From positions 1 through 64,000 of the forward strand of contig NIVC01003811.1 of the NCBI GenBank assembly GCA_002269645.1: DNA of 64,000 nt, written 5' to 3'. The number at the start of each line of letters is the position of its first letter. Within the stretch, counting starts at the first letter, position 1. Made by a program: the position numbers and the translations under genes. This DNA comes from Macrostomum lignano (Eukaryota). Below, piece by piece: positions 35,879-48,094 of this stretch. Below the pieces are notes generated by a model. That model was not told where the DNA came from, did not search any database, and saw only the letters and a list, made by a program, of their open reading frames with translations.

Positions 35879-36134
35879 TTACAGAACCATCAGGACATGG
35901 CAGTGGCGGACCAGGCTGCGGTAAGTCCACAGTAGGTGTAGTCTGTAGGAGGTTCAGCTGCAATTTTTATGGGATTTTAGAAGTCTAACATTAGCATCTA
36001 AATTGACAGACACTCAGAAAGACTAGGATCAGAGACAATAGTACTACAGAGATACTATTTGTGCTTGTCCTATAGTTACTACACTTTACATTTTTGAACC
36101 AACTCAATGCAAACTGAAAAGTAGTGCATACCAT

Positions 36135-36900
36135 CTGATACCAAGTAATGCCAAATAAGTGTTAAGTAATGCCAAGTGTCTGCCAACTAATGCCAAGTAA
36201 GTGCCAAGTAATGCCAACTAATGCCAAGTGTCTGCCAAGTAATGCCAAGTGTCTGCCAAGTAATGCCAAGTAAATGCCAACTAATGCCAAGTAAGTGCTA
36301 ACTAATGCCAAGTGTCTGCCAAGAAATGCCAAGTAAATGCCAGGTGTCTGCCAAGTAAATGCCAAGTAAATGCCAAGTAAGTGCCAAGTAATGCCAAGTA
36401 AATGCCAAGTAAGTGCCAATTAATGCCAACTAATGCCAAGTGTCTGCCAAGTAATGCCAAGAAAATGCCAACTAATGCCAAGTAAGTGCCAAGTAACGCC
36501 ACGTAAGTGCCAAGTAAATGCCAAGTAAATGCCAAGTAAGTGCCAACTAATGCCAACTAATGCCAAGTGTCTGCCAAGTAATGCCAAGTAAATGCCAAGT
36601 AAATGCCAACTAATGCCAAGTAAGTGCCAAGTAATGCCACGTAAGTGCCAAGTAAATGCCAAGTAAATGCCAACTAATGCCAACTAATGCCAAGTGTCTA
36701 CCAAGTAATGCTAAGTAAATGCCAAGTAAATGCCAAGTAAATGCCAACTAATGCCAAGTAAATGCCAACTAATGCCAAGTGTCTGCCAAGTAAATGCCAA
36801 CTAATGCTAAGTAAATGCCAGGTAATGCCAAGTAATCAGTTACTTGGCCAGGCCTAGGCCTATGGCATTTGCCAAGTAAATGCCAAGTAATGCCAGGCCT
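36135..36900. repeat. Minisatellite, ~10-11 bp unit TGCCAAGTAA(A/G)
   Basis: Directly visible. Confidence 0.95.
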
Positions 36901-38039
36901 ATGACAATCTAGTATTCTAAAAATGAAAATATATACTAATAATAGAATCTTCAGTTTGTAATACTCTAAGTTAGTTATTAAATAAGTTTGGACTTTGATT
37001 GTAATCATAAAAGATAAAAAGCAAAGTAAGGCACAAAATGCTATAATTGTATAAAACTTTTATCAGTCTAATTAGAAGGCTATGACAAAAAAGTACATAT
37101 TGCATTTTGCTATTATTCATTCCAAATTTTGTCTAAAAGATATTATAATTAGAAAATATAATAGGCCATCCTTAAAATATTCACTATTGAATATTTGAAA
37201 ATTGAATTTGTATCAAAGCAATTTCTTTTCATGTTCAAATCATATAGGCCTAGTAAACTTTGTTAAAACACTCAAATATTCTACAATATTGTATTATATT
37301 TAGATGCCCAATTAAAGCATAAAATTGTTTAAAATATCTTGAAAAATTACTATAAATATATGGGTGGTTAGGCTCAAAGGAATCATCTTACTAATGAGCA
37401 ACAAAGAGCAATTAGCTTGAAAGTGAGCAAATCATTGAAGTCTAAATTCAAGAAGTATTCCAATCATTTAGATTGTGTAATTGCTATGACCCTCTAGATC
37501 ACAATGCCTAGATTATAAGAAAGAGTGCCAAGCTGCTTGGGCACAACCACTACCAAAGAGAGGAAGTTTAGACAAGAGGAATATTAGTAGTAAAGTGTAT
37601 TATATACTTTATAAAGTATATATAAACTGTATGTAAGTTAGAACCAAGAGAAAGAATAATAGAGAGCCCTAGGGCAAAAATAGACAACAAACTAAGTCTA
37701 GTTATCAACTTAAAAGCATTTCCAATTTGCTATTAAATTTATAAGGCCAATAGACAAAGTGAGAAAGCAAATTTTAATAACCCCCATTAGATTATGGTCC
37801 TTTCTTAATTTATTCTTCCTATTGTCAAATTCTATAAGTATAATCAATATCATGGTTTTGCTATTCCCGAAACTTCCTTAAAGTAGAGTAGGATAAAGTA
37901 ATAAAGTTAAATATTAATTGTACTCTTTGTGCACTGCGGAAAATTTGCACAGATGAGATGCAAGTATTTTTATCTCGTCAAAATAAGCCGAACCTCTTAA
38001 ATACATTTACAGATACAAGTACATGTACGAGCTCGTAAC

Positions 38040-38510
38040 TGACATAAGTTAGAAAATAAGAAAGAATATATATCGAATAGAAAATAGGAGAGAAAAGAGA
38101 GGAAGGAGAAAGGAGAGAGGAGAGAGTAAAGGGAAGAGAGAAAAGATAAGTTTGTAAAGATAAGAGAGATGAAAGGAGATGTAAGAGAAATGGAGTGGAG
38201 GAGAAAGGAGAATAAAGGGGGAGAATCGAGAGGACAGGAAGAGAGGGGAAGGGAGAGGAGAGAGTAGAGAGTAGGGAGAGAGTAGAAAGGAGAAGAGAGA
38301 TGGGAGAGCACGAGAGGTGAGAGATGAGAGGGAGGAGAGAGTAGAGAGGAGAGGTAAAAGAGTAAAGGGGAAAAAGTTGAGAGAAGGGTTGGGAGAGTTG
38401 GGAAAAGAGAGAGATGGTAAAGGAGAGTACAGATGAGAAATAAGACGAGGAGGTAAGACAGGAAATAAAAATTAGGAGAGAGGGTCGAGACAATAGAGGA
38501 GAGAATAGAG
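38040..38510 (+). repeat. Purine-rich (GA) low-complexity tract
   Basis: Almost exclusively A/G on the plus strand. Confidence 0.85.
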
Positions 38511-38658
38511 AATTTCGCACTGACCTAAGGGGTGCGAACAAACACGAGAAATTAAACTGAAATGTGCTAATTTTAACAGTCCAACTTTTATTGTTCCTAC
38601 AAAATTTTAAACAGCTGGGTAAGACCTCCTGCAGAGCAGACCGATAGATATTATTCTG

Positions 38659-38955
38659 GTTTCCAAGATAATATTGACTTACAGGGAATAAACATACCGT
38701 ACGGGCCTAATTTTTGAGCTATAAATGGAACATAATGGAAAGCGTACATAAATATGCGAAAGGCGGTATTTAACACGAGCAAACTTTCAATACGCTAATT
38801 GGGAGGGGATCAAGTAATCATGGGCTGACTACCATTCTGCCACTCAGCAGGGGTCGAACGGGAGACTAACTCCTAATAAATTAACTTTCTCAGTCCTATA
38901 ATCTATAATAGCATGAGTGCTAGCTAGAAAGGCGCTGCCCAGGAGCGACACTGCC
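38659..38955 (-). mobile_element. Diverged fragment of an element-1 relative (protease C-terminus and downstream non-coding segment)
   Basis: Encodes AVSLLGSAFLASTHAIIDYRTEKVNLLGVSLPFDPC* versus AVSLLGSAFLASTHAIIDYRTEKVYLLGVSLPFDPR* at 26410-26523; nucleotide similarity continues to match ~26765. Confidence 0.9.
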
Positions 38956-39298
38956 GTCAAATTGTTAACAATTTCTGTCTTGGGAGCTAAGGGTACAAGC
39001 CGGAACAAGAGGGCGGTACCGTTGCTATCCACACCCTAGAGATCAATGTAGATGTAAGAATAAAGAATTTACAGTAGGGGTTTGCAAATTGCTTGTGCTC
39101 CCTTCTTTAAGAGCCTTATTCCTTTCTTCTTTCTCTGTCCCCGTCACTGCTTGGTTGTTCTTTTTACCTTGATTGAGAACCCAACTCATGACTGGGTCTG
39201 CTTCGTTGGGCCCCTAAGTGAAGCGAGGAGTCCTGATGACAGCGGGCCAGAGGTGAGGAGCAGGGTTTTTTTGTGCGCAGAGTGTGCGTATGCACCCT

Positions 39299-39842
39299 AA
39301 ATTTTATGCAGATGATCGCAAGACGAAACCGAAAGAGCTTGTAGGTTTCGAATTACGATTACCGCATTAGTAGAATTGTATTGGAGGGATCGTATGACGA
39401 AAGTGAATGGATTGCTACGTATATTAACTGATTAATATATTAACTGATCATCGTATCTTAAAACTATTTGTTATAAATTCGCACGCCACGCCCCCCCCCC
39501 TAACTTTCATCATACGATCACCCCTTGGTATAACACAGGTCCAATGAACTGGGGGATCGTAAGACGAAAGTGAGGGGGGGCCGCGCGCCCGAAAAGGTTG
39601 TATTACAGTTTTAGTAAAAAAGCTCTTCTCATGTGCGCCACAGGGACTCGGCTTTCTGCCCGCGGACATATCGTAGAGGCTAGCTGCAATTGATTGTTTA
39701 GTTGAAACAACATCCATTATAGCGACAACTTCCTAATATTTCGTCATACGATCCCTACAGTACAATTTTAACATTAATGTGATCGTAATTCGAAACCTAC
39801 AAGCGCTTTCGGTTTCGTCTTGCGATCATCTACATATAATTT
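39299..39842. mobile_element. MITE-like non-autonomous DNA transposon with ~100-bp TIRs
   Basis: Left GATGATCGCAAGACGAAACCGAAAGAGCTTGTAGGTTTCGAATTACGAT.. is the near-perfect reverse complement of the right end; repeated GATCGYAWGACGAAA motif; possible imperfect TSD CACCCT/CACCAT. Confidence 0.8.
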
Positions 39843-40794
39843 CACCATTTAAATGATCGCATGACAAAAGTGAATACGTGCGTGCAATTAACAATACATA
39901 TAGCGATAGTAAATTGTACCTTGGACATACATTTATCTAGCTATAGATACTGTACACCAACTTGTGTGTTACTGTATGCTAAAGTACTGTGTATGCTAAA
40001 ACTGCACTTGGAAATCGTCAAAATCATTTATAATTTTTAGCCCTATTTTACTCGTAGACATTTGATAATGTTTTTGCATTATCAGCTGTAAGGCCATAGT
40101 TCAAGTAGCTCAGACAGCTGTAGTTCAGGTAGTTAAATTTAAACTTATCTATACACACAACTTTCAGTCTTAATGGCTGGTAGTGGCAGTATATGGTATA
40201 AGTTATATATTTACTCGTGATGTGGCCGCAGCCTTCTGCTGCAAGCATAGGGCCGCAGTCACATCTTAGGCACTGTTGTCCGCTGCTAGTATCTGGAATA
40301 GGAATTTTTCTGCTGCCTCCATGCACTCTAAGCAGCCTTCCTTAGCGCTCAGAAGTTGCACAATATGGCGCAATCCTTAACTTAGGAATTTAGGGAGTTT
40401 TGCCTAGCCTAGGGTTAGTTAGCGGAAGCCGCCAAATTTGGCGCTTGCCTGTACTGTTGTTGCCTGGCCTGCCGCGTACGATCGCTCAGAGTACGCTAGT
40501 CTAGTTAGCCGCACTCCTCCCCCGTGCGCTCTCTGGACCCTTCCCCCTTCTGCTCTCTCGTCACCTAACGGCCGTGGGCTAGCCAGACAATCCACTACAC
40601 AAAAAATACCTGGCTAGCCAGTGAGTCCACGTGTGGACCCACACAGGCTAGCCTAGAGAGTCCACACAGTGCGCACAGTGATAGTACGCTAGATATGCCA
40701 AGGAACGCTGCTATTGGTCCGTGTAGGCTGGGGTCGAGTGCACCCGCGGACGGGAATGAGAAGTCTGGGAATTCTCAGTGCTAAAAATAGACAC

Positions 40795-40870
40795 CGCTAA
40801 AAATTGGTCGAGTGGCCAGTGCGCCTGACTTGAAATTGGAAGGTTTGAGGTTCGAATCTTGCTAGACAAA
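40795..40870 (+). other. tRNA-derived pseudogene or SINE head
   Basis: A box TGGTCGAGTGG (40805) and B box GGTTCGAATC (40849) at tRNA spacing; the acceptor stem does not pair. Confidence 0.5.
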
Positions 40871-42431
40871 ATATTTTCTTGATGTAAGTATTGTGGGTGT
40901 AAAAAAAGCAGAAAAGGCAGAAGACCAAAAATTAGCATTTAAGTGAACAACATTAAATTATGGTAAGGATTATTACTATTAAAATTAGAGGATTATTAAG
41001 TTTAAGCGATGAAAATACGCGGATTAGAAAAGTAGTATTGAAAGAGTAAAAAGTATTATTTATTCGAACATAAATAAAAACGGTGGAAATGATTTTTTAA
41101 AATTTAGTATTAGCATTCATACTTCGTCTGTAATCATAGTACTTTAAATCAGTAGCTCATTTTGGGTTTGTAGAATTTAAGTGATTAAGCTGGTGATAAT
41201 GCATTGGAGAGCCACTCATAAGCCAAATTGATTTATTATCGGGTTAGCCAATAGCCTTAATACTAAGATGCACAGCACAGGTAGGCTCCTTGCATGCACG
41301 CGCTCACAGCTCACACTGCTGCCAATATCAGCAGCAAGCTCAACCGCCTGCAAGTTAGCGATGTGGCAGTCCATTAATGTGGCAGTTGCAGGCCTAAATT
41401 GGTAACTCTCATGAAGTCATGCACTCATCACTCATGGTCTGTGTTTTTTTTGGTTTGTTTTTGTTTTGGCACGGTTTGAGTCTAGCAGTGCTAATATTGA
41501 ACACTTAGTAATCTTTTGTAACACTTCGGGTGAAGCACATTTAGTTCCTGTCATATTTATTGTCATTGAAGTCGAAGATCAATTATACCGGTACCGTTTC
41601 GACGTATCGTAATTATTAAAAAAGAATCTATATTTGAAAGTTTAACTGTTGTGCCACCTTAGATACATTTTTTCTGGTAAAAAAGTCTTAAATGTTTTAT
41701 GTATTGTAATAAAACTTAAAAACTCCCCTGCTTTTATCATGGACGAGTAAAAAAATCGAAAGGTAAGTTCAGTTTTGTTAGTGTTTTCCGTAGCTGTTGA
41801 CAACAAGAACTCAGTTACTTTTCATTTAATGTATCGTAAATTTATGATTTTTAAAGTTCATATGAGAATGCAGCCTAATTGTTTTTATGAATTGTCATGC
41901 ATTTAATACAGTTCTAGAGTAAAGTAAAATTATTCAGACACTTTCTCAAGACCTCAGGCAGTACATTCGCGGCATTCGCCGTGCAATTTTATAATTTTTG
42001 GAGGCTAATATCCATCAAAAATAACAGTGCGGATGCGGAGACAGGAAAAGCGTCATTTTTGCATCACAAGATCAAGCGATAGCATTTGATCTCGGTTAAT
42101 GAAGACTACCATTCTTTTAATTTAGGATGCAAAGCATGTCAGTCTGTTGTATTTTATACATGTATGTTGCCTGTTGCCTGTTAGGTTTAAAAAGTTTTTG
42201 TTTAATATAGATTATATTAATATTTAATCTGAATATAATTTAGATATAATTCTTTTTTAGATTTTTACAAGCCAAAGGTTATAAATACTCACTAGTGACA
42301 TTAGTATCAGTAGCCGAAATATTTTGTTTTGCTTGGTCTTGAAACAAGTATATATATAATGTAGCATATAAAGTGTGAAAAAGGGACACAACAGTAAAAA
42401 AATTCATAAGTGTATTAAAAATGAAAACTAG

Positions 42432-43257
42432 TGTGACGTTGTCAGTTTAAGGTGGTCCCGAAAAAGGCCGTTGGACTGCTGTTTCTCCATAGTTTCAACC
42501 CTTCAGTTCACCGTTTCAACTAAACTTTTCCATTTGTTTATTGCGACGTTTACTTGTAGTAGTGCCCAACGATTTTGTGTCAATTTCTAATTCACTGTAT
42601 ATTTTGCTATCCTCTCTCGCGACCGTATAAAATTGGCACGATCGATAATTTTAAGTTCTCTCGCCAGCCGATGAAAATCACTCGTGCTTACGCTACCCCC
42701 CCCCTTTTGCGCTTCTTTATTAACCCTCGCCTGGCGGGCTGGGGGTTTCACTCGTCCCTGTTCTTGTGTTCTGTGTTCTCTCCTTAGGCTTGTCCTCCGT
42801 CCCGTCTGGCTTGCCTAGCCTTGTCTAGCCTTGTTTTCCTTCTCTCTGTCTGGCTGCCTCGAGCCTCCTTACCTCACGCCACGGTTGACGCCAACCTCGC
42901 CACTGCTCATCTGCCTGCCTACTGCGTCTCACTGCCTTCACTGTGCTCATTGCCATTGCTCATCACGTTACATCGCCATTGCACCGTCGTCTGTCACCTG
43001 ACTATCCAATTTATCTTCAAAGAAACCATTGTTGCAGCCGCCAGTGCCCAGAAAGCTATAGTTTGTTTATTGACATAAATTCTAACCAAGCCTAATATTG
43101 ATACTACCAATAAAACCAACTACGGCAGTCCCTGCCTTTATCGCCAAGTGCTCCGCTACAAATCCGCTTTACAAGAATTGACTTCAACTTATTTTGGGAC
43201 TAAAACGGCCCTTTTAAGGGTCATCGCATAGCTAGCCGCTACGTCAATAACGTGACA
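42432..43257 (+). repeat. 5' LTR of Gypsy element (826 bp)
   Basis: TGTGACG...CGTGACA. Confidence 0.95.
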
Positions 43258-43263
43258 TAATTT

Positions 43264-43280
43264 TGGAGGTCCCACCGAGA
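43264..43280 (+). other. Primer binding site, tRNA-Gln
   Basis: TGGAGGTCCCACCGAGA is complementary to the 3' end of tRNA-Gln (..UCUCGGUGGGACCUCCA). Confidence 0.9.
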
Positions 43281-43680
43281 CGCCTACTCAGCACTGCCGG
43301 CTCGCAACTAGATCAGCGCCATCAAGACTTCGTCTCAGTCCTGCCAGTTCGAAACCAAGCACCAGCCACCACCGAGACGCCTACTCAGCACTGCCGGCTC
43401 GCAACTAGATCAGCGCCATCAAGACTTCGTCTCAGTCCTGCCAGTTCGCAACCAAGCACCAGCCACCAGCGAGACTTCTGCTCAGCTCTGCCGGCTCGTG
43501 ACCGAGCACCTGCCTGCCTGTGCCACGCCTGAGGTTTGGTCCGCAAGGCTGCGAGAGCCTGTGCCACGCCTGAGGTTCGGTCCGCAAGGCTGTGAGAGCC
43601 TGTGCCACGTCAGGCCCAGGGGTCCTGATCGTCACCGGTCGTCGCTGGTCATCCGCGGGTCGTCGCTGGTCGTCGCCCTG
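43272..43680 (+). repeat. Tandem duplications in the Gypsy leader (97-bp x2+, ~41-bp x2+)
   Basis: CCACCGAGACGCCTACTCAGC.. at 43272 and 43369; CCTGTGCCACGCCTGAGGTT.. repeated from ~43516. Confidence 0.85.
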
Positions 43681-43999
43681 AGCAACGCGCGCTGTCAACT
43701 GCGTTGAGCTCGAGCTTACGCTCTGCCAAGATAGCTCCGCTGCGTGTGCCAAGCCACGCCAGGTTACGCTGTGCGCTGATTGTTTGTAGGGACTATTGCC
43801 TGACAGTTAGTCTGGGTGGTTTGCGTGATGGGACTTTCCCCTATTATAGGCTTTTTGTGGTTTGCCCCTGTCAGGCACGTATTTTTGTTAGTAGGACGCA
43901 ATCTCTCTCATCTCTCTCGCGTCATCAACCTCAATTCGTTTTCTCTGGAGCCTTATTTTCGTTCACGCTTGGTTCATTCATCTCGCTCAATCTTGCACA

Positions 44000-46900
44000 A
44001 TGTCCGACAACGGGGACAACCATGCCGCAGCGTCATTGGCTGACGGGGATGCCGTCGTGCCAGATCAGGACGCAGTCGATGCCGGTGAGCAGCCAGCAGG
44101 TGCAGCTGCTGCCGCCGCGCCAGCTCCTAGTGAGCAACTCTTGTTGACTTAAACCTTAGCCTCTCTTCACCGGATGCTCGAAGAGCGTCTCGCCGTTTCC
44201 TCGCCGTCAGCGCCAAATTCCTCGCCGCCTGCGAAGCCAGACATACGCCTTCGCCCTCCAATCGCTTATCAGCCGCAGATGAACTTTGATACGTGGGAAG
44301 CTCAGCTTACTTCGTATCTAGCCACTTGCCGCGTTCCTGAGGACCAGAAGTCCGCCATTCTCGTATCTTGGCTGTCAGCCGAATGCCAAGAGGTATATCT
44401 TAATTACCGGTGTGACCAGTTGCCTTTCGAATCTGCGCTTCGGTTGCTCAGGGAAAGGTACACCGATGCCAAGAAGAAGGACAAGGCCTACGTAGAATTA
44501 GTTGCTGCCGCCCAATCTCATAATGAGCAAATGTCTGACTTCTTTGACAGACTGGTCTCCTATTCTAGACTAGCGGGTCTCTCGCTCGCTGAAGCGAAGC
44601 CCCTACTCAAGGCCAGATTCTGCCATGGGCTGAGGGATAAGGACCTCGCCGAAAAGCTCCTCTTATGGGATCAGGAAACCGACAGTGCCACCTCTGCAGA
44701 AGAGCTGATGCAGAAGGACAAAGATCTTGTCGGGGTCCGCCAGCTTCTGAATGTGCCTTCTACTATAGCCAAGGTTCGTGCCATAGAACCTGACGCTGAG
44801 AAGAAAGCGTTAGAACAGAGGGTCGCCGAGCTTGAGAAGATGGTGACCAACCAAGCCAATAGATTAAGCCAGACCACTCCGCCTGTCACCACCAATCAGG
44901 GGCCCACTCGCACAGAGCCCACTGGGGGCCCACCACAAGTTAGCCAAACCTATAGACAGCCTAGGCCAGCTCCTCGCCCTTCGCGGGCTTGCCATCGATG
45001 CGGCCAGACCGATCACCTGATCGCTGACTGCCCATCGCCCTCGCCGAGACCACAGTCGCCAAAGCAGCCCCGGGGGAGCCAAAATCAGCAGCCCAGCCGT
45101 GGAAAAGTCACGACTGAACTAGGAACCATTGCCACATGGTCTCAGAATTACGGGTTCATCCAATCTGAGCACCTGCCAGAGAAATTGTTTGTCCACATTA
45201 GCCAACTGTCTCCCAGCCTGCGTAGCCTAGTCGAGCAGCACCGCCTTAGGGGGACTAGGGTGAAATTCCAGCGCCAGGTGGACCCCGGGCGCCAGCACGA
45301 CAAGGCCTGCAATGTGCAACCTCAGCCAGGGGACAGTGATCCACAATGCAGACAAGGGGGGTACACGGCTGACACCTTTGAGTCTAGCTATTTCGTGCAG
45401 CTAGGAGTAGGAGACTCTAAGGTTCTGGCCTGCCTAGACTCAGGCGCCAATGCCAGCATCATGGGTGCTGACGTGAAAGCCAAACTGGTCGCAGCTGACC
45501 CCGTCAACAACATATTCACGCCTAGTGCCAATAAGCAGCGTGCCACCGCCTTCGGCGGCTCTCAGGTAGACATTCTAGGATCGTTACGCTGCGAAATCAA
45601 CTTAGGTAATACGACTAAACAGCATGTATTCCTAGTCACTGCTTACTGTACCACAGAAGCCCTGCTGGGCATGGATTTCCTGCGCAGCTTCGAGATGCTG
45701 CTAGACTTCAACTCTGGCCGAGCTTTAGTAGCAGGAGTGTCAGTACCAGTCATTGAGGGGGACAAGGGAATTTTCCAACTCCGACGTGTGATGGCCGCCG
45801 GCACCGTAGAATTGCCCCCGCACTCGGAAACCCTGATTCCCAGTCGTGTCCTCGACTCTTCGCCGTACACCTCCGGTATAGTCATGTCCCGGATCCTCGG
45901 ACCAGAGACCGAACAGTTGGTAGCTAAGACTCTAACCTCAGTTAGCGATACTAACCACATACTAGTGCGCGTGCTCAACAGTGGGGAGCAGCCCATTCAC
46001 ATAACTAGGGGGCAAGAAATTGCCTCATTCCAGGAATTAGATAGTCATGAGGTCATAGCTCAGACGACCCTGAAGGAGTCTGACTTTAGTCTGGACAATG
46101 TAGCTAACCTCACAAGCCAACTCAGTAAACTGCCGCCGCCTAGTAGGGAGTTAGCCAAATGGCTGACAACGCAGTTCCAACTCGACCAAGCCAAATTGTC
46201 TAGGGGCCAACTCGCCACCGTATTGAAACTGCTCAACTACTTCAATAGCCAAATTTCTAGATCAAACGCAGATTTAGGCCATACCACATTACACGAGATG
46301 GGCATAGAATTAATAGATCCCAAGGCCAAGCCTGTTGCGCAACCATACAGGCGCACTACGCCAGCCCAAAAGGATTTCCTAGATCAGAACATAGCGCAGA
46401 TGCTCGAACAAGGGGTCATCGAGGAATGCGACTCCGACTGGGTGTCACCTATCGTTCTAGTCAAGAAGAAGGACGGCACTCAACGCTTGTGTATAGACTA
46501 TAGGGCCGTCAATAAGCTCATCAAGCCGTGTAGCTTCCCCCTGCCACTCATCGAAGAATCTTTTGACAGCCTTGCTGGGGCCACTGTATTCTCTAGTCTA
46601 GATCTGACCTCTGCGTACTGGCAGGTAGGGATTCAAGAGGAGGCTAGGGACTACACCGCCTTTGCCTGCCCCCAGGGCACTTTCCGCTGGAAGGTAGTAT
46701 CATTTGGGATCAAGACAGCGCCTGCCAATTTCGCGAAACTAATGCACAAAGTGTTTAGGCCTCTCCTGATGAAGGTCAGCCTCATCTATCTAGATGACAT
46801 CATCATTAAGGCTGTCAACAATGACCAAATGATCGCGCATCTCGCGCTGGTCCTCTGGCAGCTTAGGAAAGCCGGTCTCAAAATTAAGCCGTCTAAGTGT

Positions 46901-48094
46901 GAGTTGTTCAAGGACAAGGTTGCCTTCCTGGGGTTCGTTGTGTCTAGCCGGGGCATTGAGGCTGACCCAGCGAAAACCCAGGCTGTCCAAGAGTGGCCTA
47001 AACCGCTTTCTAAGAAACAGCTCTTATCCATCTTGGGATTCGCGAATTACTACCGAAAATTCGTGCCGCGATTCTCAATCATCGCCACGCCTTTGTATGC
47101 CTTAGCCAAAAAGGATGCTCCGTTTCTATGGCAACCGCATCATGAACGGGCTTTCCAAGAACTCAAACATAGCCTCTGTTCACCACCGATTCTGGCGTAT
47201 CCAGACCTCTCTGCCAAGGGGCGCGAATTTATTTTGGACTGCGATAGCTCGCTTGACGGCACTGGGGGTGTGCTGTACCAGCTCGGGCCAGATGGCCAAG
47301 AGCAAGTCATAGCTTACGCATCCAAAAAATTCAACAGTAGCCAGAGAAACTACTGCGCCACCATGAGGGAGTTGCTACGGCTCGTTCTGATGCTCGAGCA
47401 TTTCCGTCCTTATCTATTAGACAAGCCTTTCACTGTCCGGGTGGACGCGGCCGCGCTCAAATGGCTGCATTCTAAGAAGCATGCCACTGGTATGCTGGCC
47501 CAATGGCTTGCCACCATTGAACTGTACCCGCTGAAGGTCCAGCAGTCCACTCTAGAACGAATAGCCGAATACGATTTCACAGTCCAGTACCGTCCAGGCG
47601 TTGACCACGTGCCCGCTGACGCTCTTAGTAGACTGCCAAAATTCAGAGCCGATCACTTCGACTGCCCGACGTGCAGCCAGATTCCAGAATTTAAGGGGAA
47701 ATTCCTGGTCCAAGACCCAAAGCACCGGCGCACACCCCCCTCTAGGGAACTGCGTCAGGTGTGCGTCCAGACCATAGGCATTAGCGTAGCGTGTCAGACT
47801 GACACAGATGCCCCGGCTGAACCAACGCCGAATGTTCGTGCTACTGCTAGCGGTGCTGTTCCTAGTCCAGAGACTGAATCCCGTGAACCTGAAACCGAAT
47901 CCCAAGTGCCACCTGAGCTCATCTGGGCCCAGAATGCCCAGGACTCCTGTGTTGACATGGCGCGCCTAATCGCCAGTGTCCAGGGTAAGGCTGAGCCATT
48001 GTCCAAGGCCGAACTGCAGGGTTGTAGTCGGGAAATGCGTGCACTCTGGGCTCAATTCAAGGACCTTGAAGTAGTCGAGGGCTATTGTACTTAG
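44000..48094 (+). CDS. gag-pol: Gag-Pol (gag, CCHC knuckle, cold-shock-like domain, protease, RT, RNase H); in-frame TAA at 44150-44152
   Basis: CHRCGQTDHLIADC (44990), CLDSGANASIM, RLCIDYRAVN, YLDD (46787), LDCDSS, ADALSRL; upstream ATG 44000 is in frame with ORF 44174..48094. Confidence 0.95.

Noticed and set aside
36162-38541. Hydrophobic ORFs (TWHLLG repeats; Leu/Ser-rich 37978..38541)
   Set aside because: Products of a 10-bp minisatellite and of the complement of a GA-rich tract
40795-40870. Functional tRNA-Ser(UGA)
   Set aside because: A and B boxes present but acceptor and T stems do not pair and there is no long variable arm; kept only as a tRNA-derived relic
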